Below are positions 1-13,501 of a DNA stretch of 64,000 bases, in pieces. The notes under the pieces were generated by a model, which was not told the DNA's origin, ran no database searches, and saw nothing but the letters and a program-made list of their open reading frames with translations. Position 1 is the first letter of the stretch. Each line of letters begins with the position of its first letter. The position numbers were made by a program, and so were the translations under genes. Origin of the DNA: Octopus sinensis. Lineage: Eukaryota. The stretch is from NCBI RefSeq assembly GCF_006345805.1, contig NC_043003.1, forward strand, positions 79,670,001 through 79,734,000, written 5' to 3'.

Positions 1-391
1 CGTAGACTCATGTAGACGCTTTCTTAGCCATTTCTGTTTTGGTGTCTTCAAGCCATGAAGTCGTTGTTCTAAAAGAACACTGGTCTCCTTGACAACGCAT
101 TACGACGTTGATTTCCTTACACTCCCTTCCCCACAGGTGCAGGTGTGAGCGTGGACGCCAACTCCGCCGCCATCGACACACAAAAAATTATGCATTAAAA
201 TGGAATAAAAAATGATGTTAAATTATTTTTAAAATCGTAGACTCATCGTAGACGCGCGCTAATATTCAGACGGCTCGATATGAATCACGACTATAAGCTA
301 CCCGAATTTGGTTAAACTGTACCGCAAAATGTGGAGTAGTTAGGAATCTAAATCGAAGGGGACAGACACACTCACACAACTACAGTTTTAT
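1..391 (+). mobile_element. 3' part of a Lep1/DINE-1-like (Helitron-associated) non-autonomous element
   Basis: Ends in ...GACAGACACACTCACACAACTACAGTTTTATATATATAGAT, resembling Lep1/HINE-type termini; CGTAGACTCAT(C)GTAGACGC occurs at 1 and 236. Family assignment is inference. Confidence 0.4.
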
Positions 392-429
392 ATATATAGA
401 TATACATAGCGCAGTAGTGGTGAGATATG

Positions 430-790
430 ACAGCAAAGAAAAGCATACATTCACTCTCTGCATGCAATTAGACTCGGAAAGTTCGTGAGGAACCCATTGA
501 CCCAATTTGATGACTTTTCCGATAGCACACAGGTGTCATTGAATGGTTGAATGACCAATCCAAGCTTCTCTGCTAGTTCCTCAACAGTTACGATGATATT
601 TTGTTCCACCAGGGTTTTCAGGATGTCCTTGTCGAGTTCTACAGATCTTTCAGGATGAGGCTCGTCTTCTAGGCTGTAGTTTATATGGCTCGATTTCTGG
701 AACCACCATTGACACTGCCTTACGCTTATTGTCCAATCCCCATATACTGCATTAATATTTCTTGTACTTTGCACACATTTATATTCTGTT
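430..790 (-). mobile_element. Mariner transposase N-terminal (HTH) fragment, degenerate
   Basis: ORF 451..774 contains SLEDEPHPERSVELDKDILKTLVEQN...TVEELAEKL, matching the mariner LEDExRSGRP / TxxELAxxL region; similar to the copies at 31265 and 56858. Confidence 0.8.
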
Positions 791-835
791 ATTCTTTATA
801 TGTTTCAGCCTTGAGGTTGTGGCCATGCTGGATCA

Positions 836-1135
836 TGTGTGTGTGGGTGTGTGTGTGTGTCTATCTGTCTGTCTGTCTGTATGTATATATGTATATGTAT
901 GTGTGTGAACAATAATATTTTCAACAGATGTGTTGCAAATGTATCTGATTGTTCTCAAGCTTCAATACTGTGTGTGTGTGTATGTGTGTGTGTGTATGTA
1001 TGTATGTATATGTATGTATGTATGTATATGTATGTATGTATGTATGTGTGATGTATGTATGTGTGTATGTATGTGTGTGTGTATGTGTGTGTGTTGTATG
1101 TATGTATGTATGTATGTTGTATGTATGTATGAGTG
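836..1135. repeat. Compound (GT)n/(GTAT)n microsatellite
   Basis: Seen directly. Confidence 0.95.
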
Positions 1136-1656
1136 TATGTTTACTTTATTACTAATTACTCTCTCCAAGAACATTTTCACTCACTCTTAGCTCTTAGCTT
1201 CCCATACATTTTACTCATGTATCTATCAGCATCATAGACAGAATACTTTCACTTTAGTCTTCCTCAAATCACTCTGTCGCTATTTACTTTCATTTTATTC
1301 GTTGCCCACTGTGTGTGTGCGTTTGCGTGTGGTGTAAACCAGACTAAGAAAAGCATTTGACACACACACCAGAATGTGAGTTTTCTGTAAATTTTGCTTA
1401 ATTGGAGTTTAAATTTTAAAAACTGGACCTGGCATGACGCGATGCATTGTACTCTCAAAAATGCTAGGTAAATTGTAATTGAAGAAATCCTATATTGTAG
1501 ATTTGTATAACTCCCAAAGGGAGGCAGATAAAATCTGCCTTTTATAATAAGAGATTCAATAATGCCTTGTAGTTTAATCTTATTGACGGAAAATATATAG
1601 AAAACCGTTGTGTCTGTGTGTAGGTAGCTAGATCGGTGTATGTGCATCCACACAAT

Positions 1657-1658
1657 AC

Positions 1659-1746
<88 letters not shown>
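1657..1746. repeat. (ATCT)n microsatellite
   Basis: Seen directly. Confidence 0.97.
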
Positions 1747-2469
1747 ACTCACACGTACGCAAAGGGTTTCTGTAAAATTAAATTGCAAGGTATTGGTGAA
1801 CCCAAAGTTAGGCCGTAAACCGAGTTTGAACTGAGTTCTTTTAGTATCCCTGTGCTATTATGTTCGTTTCAGGATGTTTCTACCTTTCGTTGCTGTAATC
1901 TGTTGACACCTTCCATTTGCGTTGCCTTTATAATTTGGCATTGGCATAACATTTTTTAAAAATCCTATAAGATCTAATTGAAATTAAAGGAAATATTTTT
2001 TTTGATCTCTAGTCGTTTAAGTTGTTTATATCATTAGAAGGATACGCAGTAGCATTTTTACAGAAGGATGATTTAATTTTTTTGTCTCAGCTCTCAATAT
2101 GTCCTGGTGTCAAGTTCATATGGTAGATTTTTTTTCTATATCTGTTACATCAGTAAATAGTAGATCAAAGAATTGTTGAAGGTTTTTCTGTTCAGTTTAA
2201 AGTCTTTCGCAAATCGCTGGTACTGTATGCTCGAAGCCACTACACCTAGGTGCCTGCATCTAGGATTGGAAACGAATTTGCTAAGAAAATGACACAATAA
2301 TGTAGCACAAGAAAATCCTGATTTCAAATATTCGAAGACACTAAATTACTTAAAAATAAGTTTGTAACCTGTTGTATATATGTTCCCTGCTAGACGTTAA
2401 GTTACGGTACTGTCAAAATTAGATAAATTTCTTTCGGTGTGTCAGAAAACGTGAAGGCATGTTAGACTA

Positions 2470-2690
2470 GTAGTTGGGTTTACGATCGTTAAATAGCAGG
2501 CTGGATTTTCTGAAAAGGAAGCGCGTTGTGTTCTTGAACAAGACACTTCTTTTCATATTACTTCAGTACACCAATGGCATCTGGGAATTAATCCTGTGAC
2601 GGCTTGACATCCTATTTAATGGAGATTCTTTGTACTCGTAGCCTACACGCCCTGGAAGTCCGGGTAAGATCCGGGATCATGATTCGGTAG
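2470..2690 (+). mobile_element. Diverged tRNA-derived SINE (family C)
   Basis: GCGCGTTGTGTTCTTGAACAAGACACTT matches the reverse complement of the family C copy at 23640-23700. Confidence 0.5.
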
Positions 2691-3962
2691 ACTGAAAATA
2701 TAGAAATTCTAGTTGAAATATTGGACTATAATACACAAAAATATGCAGCTGTTAGCTGTCTCATTAGAAAGAAGACATTCAACTAAGAGTCAACCATAGC
2801 AACTGAAGAGAAGTCATTGAAATCCTGTCTCATTAAAATTTGGTAGGCAAAACATTTTCGATATTTTTGACACACAATTTGATTTTCTTCTTCAATCAGC
2901 ATAGCTCTCTGCGGCTGTCTGCAAATTACTTGAAATGTTGAAATTTATACAATAATAGAAGCGAATATGTATAGGTGGAACAACGGCTGCGCAAAGCATC
3001 AGTACTAGTGTTGGGATGACAATTTAGCTTTATGATTAAATGTCTGCTAGCTTTATATAGAGACTAGAAGTTTGCCAGGTCGTTGATCATGCAATAGTGT
3101 TTAAGATAAAGAATTATTTGTGTAGTATACATGCTATAGGTGTAAGAAGATAACAAAATACAACGTATAAGTAGAATAACTTTTGTCAAAATTGAACTTG
3201 CTATTCATTATTGTCTCCACAGATCTTGCAGTTTTTCTGTAGAACAGTTTGTTAGTCTGTCAGTAATTGGTTGTTAGTGTTTCAAAATGTTTAAATATAA
3301 TTGTGACAAGGAGCAGACTTTTCTTGCTATGTCGTAGAAAAATTTTCTTTTCAATGATCATGTTGATATTATCTGAGAAAAATTTCAAAATTGAATCAGT
3401 CTTAATCTTATAGCTAGCGTGATGTGACAATGTGAAATATTGAGAAAAAGTTATTAATATAAGATTTTCGAAAAGATAATCACCATTATACGAAAACTGG
3501 ACAGATATAGTACAGTAAATTATACTTGACTACAGCTGTTCTTAGTAGATAAAGCAGTAAGTTTTGTATACCAGTGAATTCGTAAAATTAAGGATTCCTT
3601 ATTTTTCTAAGCATGGAAGTGAATCCTAAGGCTCTTACGCACTTGTAGTACGCCGTTGGTCTCTCGCCTAAACTTTCACACAAAAAGGATTCAACATTCC
3701 GAACAACGAAAGACAAGATAATCATCGCTTGGATTATTTTAATCCTAGATCTGTTCGATCCGTTATGGTCTGAGGTTAAACAAAATCAATAGTTTTCTGC
3801 ACAAATATTTCAGCAAATCCAGGTTGATATGAAGATAAATTACGTTATCGTCTCGAAAATTATTTATCACAGAAGGGAGACAATGTTGATGTTAAAACCC
3901 GTGATAACTAAGGTTTCGCTATTTTGAACATGTCGAATGCATGATTGAATGCAGTCAAGATC

Positions 3963-4000
3963 ATACACACACACACATAAACACACACACACACACACAC

Positions 4001-4037
<37 letters not shown>

Positions 4038-4062
4038 ACGTATACATACATATCAACACACA
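3963..4062. repeat. (AC)n microsatellite
   Basis: Seen directly. Confidence 0.95.
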
Positions 4063-4509
4063 TGCACGCACATGGATACGACCTTCAGAAACACTTCAGC
4101 TCGAACACTTGGATTCTTCGTTTTCTGTCAGTTGCGAGCATCCAGCATTTGTATTCGCACGGGAAGATCAAAATTTCCAGGGACTTGCGAACCTTGAGCG
4201 TCATAAGAAATCTGTTGGAAATATTTTTCCATATGACCTCTAGATTTTTCCCGACAGATTTAGGCGAAGCCAAGCCTTGCTATTATCTTTTTTACTGAGC
4301 TGCCATCTTTGCTCAAAGTTTAGCCGATATATTTAAATTTCTTTACTTCTTTCTGTTCTACTTTTACTTTTTGAAGTCTATATTATCTTGAAATGTACAT
4401 TAAAATCTGCCTTTATAGATAACACAAGTAAGGAATTACTGCGATATATCACTGTAAACAAATTTTCATTTTGGCACCTTCTGACAAGGTACGTTTTGTG
4501 AACACAGTA

Positions 4510-4512
4510 ATG

Positions 4513-4555
<43 letters not shown>

Positions 4556-4714
4556 ATATATATATATGTGTATATATGTATATATACACACACATATATA
4601 CATAAACATATATATATATACATATATATATACACATATACATACATATATATATATACATACATATACACATACATATATGTATATATACATACATACA
4701 TCTCTCACTCTATA

Positions 4715-4775
<61 letters not shown>
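4510..4775. repeat. (AT)n/(ATAC)n microsatellite
   Basis: Seen directly. Confidence 0.95.
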
Positions 4776-4780
<5 letters not shown>

Positions 4781-5582
4781 CATTTTCTTTTTATTTCATC
4801 CATCAAAGCCTTGCTTCTTTAGACGTGATGTTAAACAAATTAAACAGCAAATCTTGTAATATAAACACGTTAACTCATAAAAAATTACGTTAGGAATAAT
4901 CCTACGTTTATTTTTTCAAACCCGATAAACATCCTTTATTCATTTTAGCATGATATTAGTTGTATAGTGTCACATGAACTGATTTTGAGTTTATTCCTTT
5001 ATAAACGTATTTTTACTTATATTTTTCGTTCCCATATGTAACAAGGAAATTCACCGCAGTGCATTTAACAATGAAATTGTCCACCTACATTATCCATTTC
5101 GACAAAAACTTTAAAAGAAAAAAAAAACATACAAGAAAAACAAACCATTGCTCAAAATGTTAGTGATTTCATTAATCCTTTTTTATACAGAGATAAAACT
5201 AATCTTATATTATTTTCGATTTAGTGTAAGGGAAATGAGAAAGTATGATTTCCATGGTTTACTAGGAAATCTTAAGAATGTACCTGAACTGAAGTCGGCG
5301 AGCGGGGGTGGGGTGGGGGTGGAATTAACAAAGAGAAAAAAATGTTGGAGGATTGTTTCTAGCCAGGAAGTGAAATCTCGTCGATTATTCACGCATCGTA
5401 TTTATGTGAGAGGATAGCGTGATGGACAACCAAGAGAGAGAGAGAGGTCACTAGTTATTACTTTTGCATAACATCACATGTTGTTTTTGTCGTTATCTTC
5501 AAGATTAGCCCTGATACAGCCTTGAAACCGTATTAATTATTTTTTTTCAGGTTGTAGATTTCATTAGTCAAAGTGTACTTAC

Positions 5583-5945
5583 TAGGTTGAAATTTGAGGG
5601 AGATTTAGGTTGAGTATCTCGAACAGACCGAGTAGTCACCTCATAGAGGTTTTGTCATTGACTTGTTTATCTCGTCGACTCCTCAGTGATGAAGTCCACC
5701 TAACTGTAACTGGTAACTGCCGAATGGTTATATAATTCATCACTATTCGTTGTAGTAGCATCGAAGAATTCAAGAAGAATTCTTCAGATTTAAGATCCGA
5801 GTTTCGTCTCTTCTCTGGGAAAAAATATCTGTAATAGACCCAGATGTACCAGATCCACGTAACTGTTATGACTTACGGACTTTGTGATCCGTCCGCAAAA
5901 GAAACAGTGACGATGTAGTTTGTTTGCTAACTCAAGCGCTCTATC
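5583..5945 (-). other. Candidate spliced exons (non-coding or pseudo-exons) separated by a 62-nt GT-AG intron
   Basis: Minus strand: donor GTAAGT at 5876, TTTTTTCCCAG acceptor ending 5815, 232-nt exon 5814-5583, second GTAAGT donor at 5582. All frames of the 232-nt exon contain stops. Confidence 0.35.
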
Positions 5946-6844
5946 CTTTGAGAAATTAACTGTTAACTATTCGTTGTAATGCTTTTATCATTGTTAGTAA
6001 TACAACTCCCATTAATCGACAAATTGAAGTAAAATTGTAATGAATATTTCTTGCTTCATATTTCTTTAAACAAATAGTTAAAAGCATTCTTGCACATGAC
6101 GTTAACTTATACGTATATTCACTCCATAGAGAATTGAAGAATTCAACATTATATATAATTGTAATTGAATACAGATATTTATGTCAATAAGTTGAAGCAA
6201 GCTTGTTACAATTTCTTGTGTTATATCTCCATAACAATTGATTAGCAGCTATATTTTAAATACTTTAAATTAAATGTGGCAGTGATATCTTATGTGAATT
6301 GCTATTTATAACTGACGGTATGATAAAGATATTTAGATTCCCGAAGTGTGGCCGCATTTTGTTCCACGATATTGAATTTTAAAAGAATGTCTGAAACTTT
6401 ACCGCCAGCAACAACAAGAAGGTTAAATAAATTTAATGAGCTGGGGGAACTGAAGCTGGGAACCTCTTCCAGCCTTACAAGAATATTCCAAAATAAAATT
6501 AACAAAACAAAACCTTTTCTCCTCTGAGCAAGGAGGGTTAGAAACTTGGTCCGTATGATTCCAATTGGGTGAATTATGCTAAGGGCACTCAAGTGTCTGA
6601 TGGTAGTGTTAAAACTGACGGTGGGTAACATCTACTAACCAGACATTGCAATGGTCTACCAATTGGCTTACATAGTTTCCATTTACCAGATGTTATTCCC
6701 AAGGCTTTGCTGAAACCAAGACTTTCATAAAAGTCTCATGTTCAGGGTACCGTGTAATAGTTCCGAATCTGAAACCACATAACGAAGTTCACCCATTATC
6801 CTAAAAGTTCTACCAGGAGAAGTTAATGTATAGAAAGTATGGCT

Positions 6845-7085
6845 GAATAAGTCCTGGGTCGATTTGCTCAATTAAGCGTGGTTCTCCAGCATGGCCACAG
6901 TCAAATGACTGAAACAAGTAAAAGAGTAAGATTGGTCGTGTTGTTAACGACCCCATTTCGTAGTTACGTGGTCTCAGATTCTATTTCACTTCGAAGCACA
7001 TTAAGCAAATATCTTCATCTATAGCCATGAGTCAGCCTTTGTGTGGCAATTGTAGAAGACAGAAACTATGTAGGAGTCCGCTGGG
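6845..7085 (+). mobile_element. Two adjacent diverged SINE fragments
   Basis: CAGCATGGCCACAGTCAAATGACTGAAACAAGTAAAAGAG tail (reverse complement seen at 41505-41540 and 58280-58320) followed by a diverged family B body. Confidence 0.6.
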
Positions 7086-8225
7086 AAAACTGTTTCTCTT
7101 AGTATTATGGTATATATGATTCTCACCCTGTTTAAAAAAATCATCAAATGGCTTCTGGTTGTCTTTAGTAGAATACAACATTCGGTTCAGGTTTCGAGTC
7201 TGACGATAATATCCTTCTTTTATTCCACAAGCTTCTAAAAACGGTCATGAGCACTATACTTCCTTTTCTGACTAATTCATAAGATCCATTCACCTCCACC
7301 ACATATGGATTTCCAACATTGTCAGAGGACTACAAACGGTTGGGGAAAGAGGGAATATAGTCAGCTAAATGTAATCAAATTTTACTGCTGCTACTTATTT
7401 TATCGACTGCAAATTCAGTCCCTGTAGGATTTGAACCCCAAAACTAATTAAATCCGCAAAGAATTTCATTCAGAGATTTACTGTAACTTCCCACCCCTGC
7501 CACTCTTTCCAGCACATTTGCTAATCAGAAAGTATTAATCAGAATTTAAAAATATAAATTTTAATATATTAATGGCATTTTAGTCGGTCGATGAATTTTC
7601 ATTGATGAAATATTTAGGAATTATTCGGGGAAATAAATGTTAAGAGCTGAAAAAAAACCCAACAAAAATATAGCAAAAAGAAAAGAAATTGCGAATTTCA
7701 ATTGATCATACTTGGTTTATTGTGGTAACGATGATACGCGAATCTAGCTAACTTAATAATGTGAACTTTAAGCTTCCCTCTTAAGTCTCTTAACGTTCCT
7801 AGAATCTATCGAAATATATTTGTCAATTATAGTAATTGTCAGAGAAGTTAAGATTTACAGTGTTCAAATAATTCAGATTAAATATTGGTAAATAAACGAA
7901 ATAAAAAGAAATAGAAAATATATTACAAATAATTTCTACATCTTATCTGGTCGCTGGAGGAAAGTCTGATAATTTAATTTCCAGTTATAATCTGTAGCAT
8001 AAACTGGAGTAGATTGTGACTGAGTCAATAGGGTACTAGGCAACGAATCGAACAGTCTGTAGATCGTACCTTGTCAGCGGCGTGGCATTTTGTCTGAGAC
8101 CAAGGCTCTTAGATCGAAACGGCCATTTGTTTTATAGTTTTGGTAGAATTCATTAATTCAAGTAGCAGCATCACTATAAGGGTTGATAAGGGCGCTTTTG
8201 ATTTGCAATGCTGAATTAACATATC

Positions 8226-8241
8226 CAGAAGCACACACACA

Positions 8242-8294
<53 letters not shown>

Positions 8295-8440
8295 ACATGC
8301 ATACACACACATACAGATACACCCCCACACAATTTTCGCCCATGAAATTCACTCACAAGAAATTGGTCAGCCCAGGGCTATAATATAAGATACTTACCCA
8401 AGGTCCAACGCAGTGGAATTGAACTCCAAAACACACAGTT
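8226..8440 (-). mobile_element. SINE family B with (GT)n tract
   Basis: ACTCACAAG...CCCAAGGTCCAACGCAGTGGAATTGAAC matches the copy at 41570-41660. Confidence 0.7.
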
Positions 8441-10679
8441 ACAAAATGAGTTTAATATTTAAATCAGCTGAAATAAACTTAGGATATGTTTGAACATGTA
8501 CAGGCTAGGATCTTTTCACTTTGACCGGTAGATTTTTAAAATAATTTTCTTTGTAACTATACACTTTTAAACTTCGTATACTGGTAGAATGTGTTACATA
8601 AAATATCTTTTTCTCATGGCTTTCTTGAGAAAATTCTGTAGTTTGTAAGTTATTTCTTGTTAAATTTCTTGCATTTCGGCAATTTCAACCAATCAATGAA
8701 GTCTATTGAGGGGAATACAATTTCTGCTGCTTCTTGGTGTGAACGTCTGCTCGATCTGATATGATTACAAATTCAACAACAGCAACAGCAACAATAATTT
8801 ACTAGGCATAAGGTTGAATCAGTAGACGGTAGCGTTTTTCATAGAAAATGAAAGAAAACCACCTCAGGCTTAACAAAGATATTTTTCCTTAACCGAAATC
8901 GGCAGGCTGATAGATATAGCAAGCTAAAATAAAAAATTTGTACAAGATGCAAAATGGCAGCATACAAGACGAAATACCAGTTAAGATTAAATTTTTTACC
9001 TTTTGCCCATCATCCAAAATCACTGAGGTACGGAGCCGTAATTTAACTGAGATTTGTTAGACTTCAATATTCGTGTTACAGAAACCATTGCAAAACCTCA
9101 GCCGAAGCCTCATAATAAAAGTACGTAGCGCAATCATCGATAACTGTACTTACATGAAAATATCATATAATAGTATACATGAATCCCCGCCTCCGCCATT
9201 ACAGGTTATTAAAAAAGAAGCCTCATTTTGATTTGCGGAATAAATCATATAGTGAAAGGAGAGACAAGTGAAGAAGGGAATAAAATTTTGCCAGTAATAG
9301 CAAAACGACCGAAAAAAAAAATGAAATGACTTGAGACTAATAAAAATAACATTTTCTTATCTCCGACAAATAAAAATGAAATTTCGAGTGTAATAAATCA
9401 GCTAAAACTTAAATAAATCAGTTTGTTCAAATAGTATTCCATTATGTATAATTACGTTCCACTGAGACTTCTCCATAAACCTGGCGAATATAATTAACCT
9501 ACTGTCTCAAAATAGGAATATTGGTTGAGCTACAACAACTTACTAAAGTGCTACTATTGCGTTCCATGACGCACTGGGTGCTTTTGATCACATCTGAAGA
9601 TTTTTTATTTCGTGTGTTGTACGTGAGGATAAAATCAACTATGTGGAGTTCACCCGTATTTAAAGATACCCATACAATATAGAATTTGAGAACAGTAATC
9701 AATAAAAAATCTCAAAAGAACTATTGAAACAGCTGTTACGGTTTTTGTACTACCATTGTTCCTTCTTCACAGTACAATGTCATCTTTATTGTAGCTGTGT
9801 AGGCAATAGGTCAATCCTTATCGAGCAGGTCAAGGATCAAAGGCGTTCCAATCAGGAACATCATGTTTTCTTAAATGCAAAGCACTGTATTTTCTAAAAT
9901 GTTCCTTTTTTGATATGCTAATAGTGTGTGATTTGTATGACCTAGCAGTTAATTCTAGTTGTTAGATTGACCAGGTAGAGGCTTCTGGGCCGTTTGAGAG
10001 TTATGCCTAACCCAACTACATAAATCACTGCTAATGTCAACAAGAATAATTAAATCTTAATTGACTTAGTCCACGCTATTGTAAATAGAACTACTGAATA
10101 AAGGCAAATCACTGCTGTAATGAGAGAGAATACTATATAATGAACGTACATTCAGGATGGTCCAAGAAAAAAAAACAGTCAAAACCTCACCAAAATATAA
10201 AACAAAGACCCCTCAAAACAATGGCCATAACTACAAAGTAAATGTATTGCGGTGTGTAGGCAAGGAAGTGGGTCTTATGCTTCGGACAGTTGTCATTTTT
10301 CAAGTTAAGAAGTAGGGTAGCAGAGACAAAAGGGATTTTAAGACAAAAAATGTAAGGTGGTTTTGTTACGAATGAAGACATTGATTAATGGTAAACAGTT
10401 TAAGATTTGATCTGTTCACCAGCTCGTGCGGTTACATAGTAAACTGTTTCAGTGTTCGGAAATATTTAAGGCGCCTTAATATATTCCAGTCAAAACCATT
10501 TTCACTCTGCACCTCCCTCACTTGTACAAAATCGTTGTCAAATCATTCGACAATGGCGGTGCTATAATGTTGTGGTAGTCTAACCGCTTCAGAATAGAAG
10601 CACTATGGCGATGTTTTAACGCTCTTTTCCATAATAATATTATTGACCAATAACAATACTTCCTGCAACTAATAACTCA

Positions 10680-11830
10680 TCTCTTTTTGTCCTCCCAGTC
10701 TCCCAGACAGTACATCACACATCTTCATCATCTGCTCTTCTTTTTTCCAAGATCCATTAGTCCAACATTCCTGGCCACCATATCTATACCACTTGTAACT
10801 GTTCCACCAAACTGGTATCGAAATATTTTGACCCGCTCCTCTAGCCCTGGGGACAGCACAAATGCGCGACTCCAACTATTTTATCCAATTACTTCTGCTT
10901 CATCCCCTAGTCCTTTGCAGATACTTTTCACCTTTTACTGTGAACATTATCGCTTTCCCCAAATAATTCCTAACAGTCAAATTCTTTTCCAATTATCTAC
11001 GCTCAAACTCATCATTCTCACACCTCGTCGAACTCACACCTTGTCCCACCTTCAAGAACTTCTGATTCTTCATATATTTCAATCAGCAACTTATTGGAGC
11101 AGCTATGGACACCAGGATGCAATTTAAATATGCAAAACTGATTTTTGGTTTCAGGTAGGCCCAGATTTTCATCCAGTTCACCGAACCCACTCCGAATTAT
11201 TTGGTCTTTCTATCTATTCAGGCAAAAGTATATTCTTAATTTAGCTAGGGTTGGACCCTTATGGCTGACCCTTCACTTCAACACCAAAAGATATTTCAGC
11301 CGTCAACAATTATTGACACTATACGTAGCTCAGACGAAGTCCACAATGGAGTATTGCTATCATATACAGGATGATGCTGGCGAGAAGTTGCTAGTATTTG
11401 AAGCCATTTGTAAGACATTATTGACAATCAGTTTTCGAGCCACAAAGAACCATATAAAAGTCAGCACTTATTCCATATTTCCTTTGTGCTAAATAGATGA
11501 GAGATACACCTCACCATAGAATGTTAACCTAACGTGGCAACTTTATCCGTGTTATGAACCGAACTCAACACAGTGAGATGATGAGTCACTCGGTAATTAC
11601 AATGTGTAACTACATTGTTACTGGTTCGTTCCTACTTGCTGCACTTTGGAAAAATGTCTTCGACCTTACCTTTAAGTCAACCGAGGCTTTGTGTGTGAAA
11701 TTACCTTGGGTACATTTAGCGGAACCTACTACTTTGAAAACATTCAGAATATGTCACTTAACTGAATTTAATTTCCTTCCATTAGTCTCGGAAGACTTGA
11801 GAAAGTTAAGGATGTTGCCCTTCCTGTTCT
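10680..11830 (+). mobile_element. L2/CR1-group non-LTR retrotransposon, decayed 3' part of RT
   Basis: ORF 11145..11492 contains KRYFSRQQLLTLYVAQTKSTMEYCYHI, matching the post-RT LxxLYxxxxRPxMEYxxHxW motif. Upstream boundary approximate. Confidence 0.65.
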
Positions 11831-12744
11831 GACCTTCTTTTAAAGAAATTTCTAAATGAAAAAAAGAAATTTACAGCAATTAGTTACAATCAATTTAATT
11901 AAATATAGACACACGTAATTTGTTAACTAAGTGAAATTGGTCAAAATTACAAAACCAATAGTAAAATTCGAACGACATATCTTATGATTCATAGTTCACT
12001 ATCATATCAACATGACCACTCGCATCTTCATTCTAGGTAGTTACATCTATTGACCTGCAACCAATAGCCTACCAGATTTTCCTTTAACTGTAACTAAGGG
12101 TAAAAAGGAAAGATGTTTTAAATGCCAGAATATGAAGAGAACATTACAATTGAGAGGTGTCACAGTAAATAATTGAATACTTAAAATCCTAGTGAAAATG
12201 GACCTTGCTAAGCAAGGTCTGTTAAATAACCCCAGAGGTTTTTCAAAAGATAAAGAAGTATATACAGTTGAAAGTTCAACATTTTCCACGTATGCTTTTC
12301 CTGACATCTATGAAATATACGTCTTTTACAGATGTTATGAACTTTTCTTTACGACTTTTACTATATTCAAATCGCGAGTGAAAATTCTTAAAGAGCATAT
12401 CCTGTTTGTAGTTGTTAGTATTAACTTCCGAATTAAAAACAGAGACGAACAATACGGACAAATCGAACAATGGTGTTGTACACTTAATCGTGGAATCATT
12501 CTATATAAAGATATGGTTTTCATATTGTTTCTTTTAGGAAATTTTACAGTGAGATCCGTTCTTTTGTATCTTAGGTTAAACTTTATGTTCTTTATTTTCT
12601 TACTTGAAATGGACGAGACAAGTTCCATTGAACAAATCTGTTTATAGTAGTAAAATGCTAAATTGTGTCTGCTTAGTTGTTTGAAGAAATGTTGATCTAT
12701 GTTTTTGTTGTCTATGTTTCAAAAGAGCAAACATGCAACGATGA

Positions 12745-13501
12745 AAGGAGATAGTAAAGTAATCGTAACTACTCAATAGATACACCATAAATTTACATAA
12801 CTCAGATAGGCGGTGGTATACTGAATGATGCATGCATAATTCCTCACAGAACGGAAATTTCCTTCTTGGAGAAATGAAACAATAACTGGCATTAATTACC
12901 TGCTAATAAAAAAAGACGAACGATAATTTCAAGGAATTACCATTATTTCACAGAGAAATGAAGAGATAAATCTGATCTTTGCTAGTATATATGAAAGGTT
13001 GAAATTTCAGCCATGTTTTAGGCAAGCGAAGTGAAGTGTTTTCAAGGATTTTATCAGTACACGTAGAATTTTACAAGCAGAAAAATAATTACGAAGAATG
13101 CTGACCAGTATAATTTGTATATTTACAAGAAGATAGCCAAGGAAAATAATTCAAGTGGCCAATATGCATTCAATTATTCAGTTAATGGTGCATTGAATGA
13201 CATATACGAAAAAAATTCTTAATGATTTGAAATTTGCTTTTAGTTGCCTCAAAGAATATACAAAAACTGGTGCTATTTGTTAGCAACTCTCAAAGAAATG
13301 AGAAGATATTTTAAAGAAATTAAGGCTAAATGTTATGCAAAAAATCTTACCATTGTTAAGATAACAGCAATGGAATTGTTCCTGTATTATTAAACCTCTT
13401 CAGCAAAAGATAACTTGAGTTGAACAGTGACATAGAATTTTACAAATAGGAAAAAGAGTTACAAAGAACTTCAGCAAATATAATTTGCATAATTACAAAA
13501 A
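12745..13501 (+). pseudogene. About two tandem copies of a diverged ~370-385 bp unit (possible decayed repeat-domain coding sequence)
   Basis: CAGTACACGTAGAATTTTACAAG (13055) recurs as CAGTGACATAGAATTTTACAAA (13425); CTGAATGAT...AATTCC (12820) recurs as TTGAATGAC...AATTC (13193). Frameshifts and stops present. Confidence 0.55.

Noticed and set aside
2797-2832. CTGAAGA...GAAA...GTC hammerhead-like string
   Set aside because: Stems I and II do not pair.
6302-6840. 109-aa minus ORF and plus-strand WVNYAKG (galactokinase-like motif)
   Set aside because: Isolated short match surrounded by stops, without splice support.
9500-9700. IAFHDALGAFDHI resembling the RT DxxxAFD motif
   Set aside because: No other RT motifs at the expected spacing.
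10150-10640. Possible Tc1-like terminus CAGGATGGTCCAA
   Set aside because: No partner TIR or transposase motif found.
12192-12647. 151-aa ORF, the longest non-repetitive one
   Set aside because: No recognisable motif; the hydrophobic second half reflects T-rich sequence; may belong to the adjacent decayed region.
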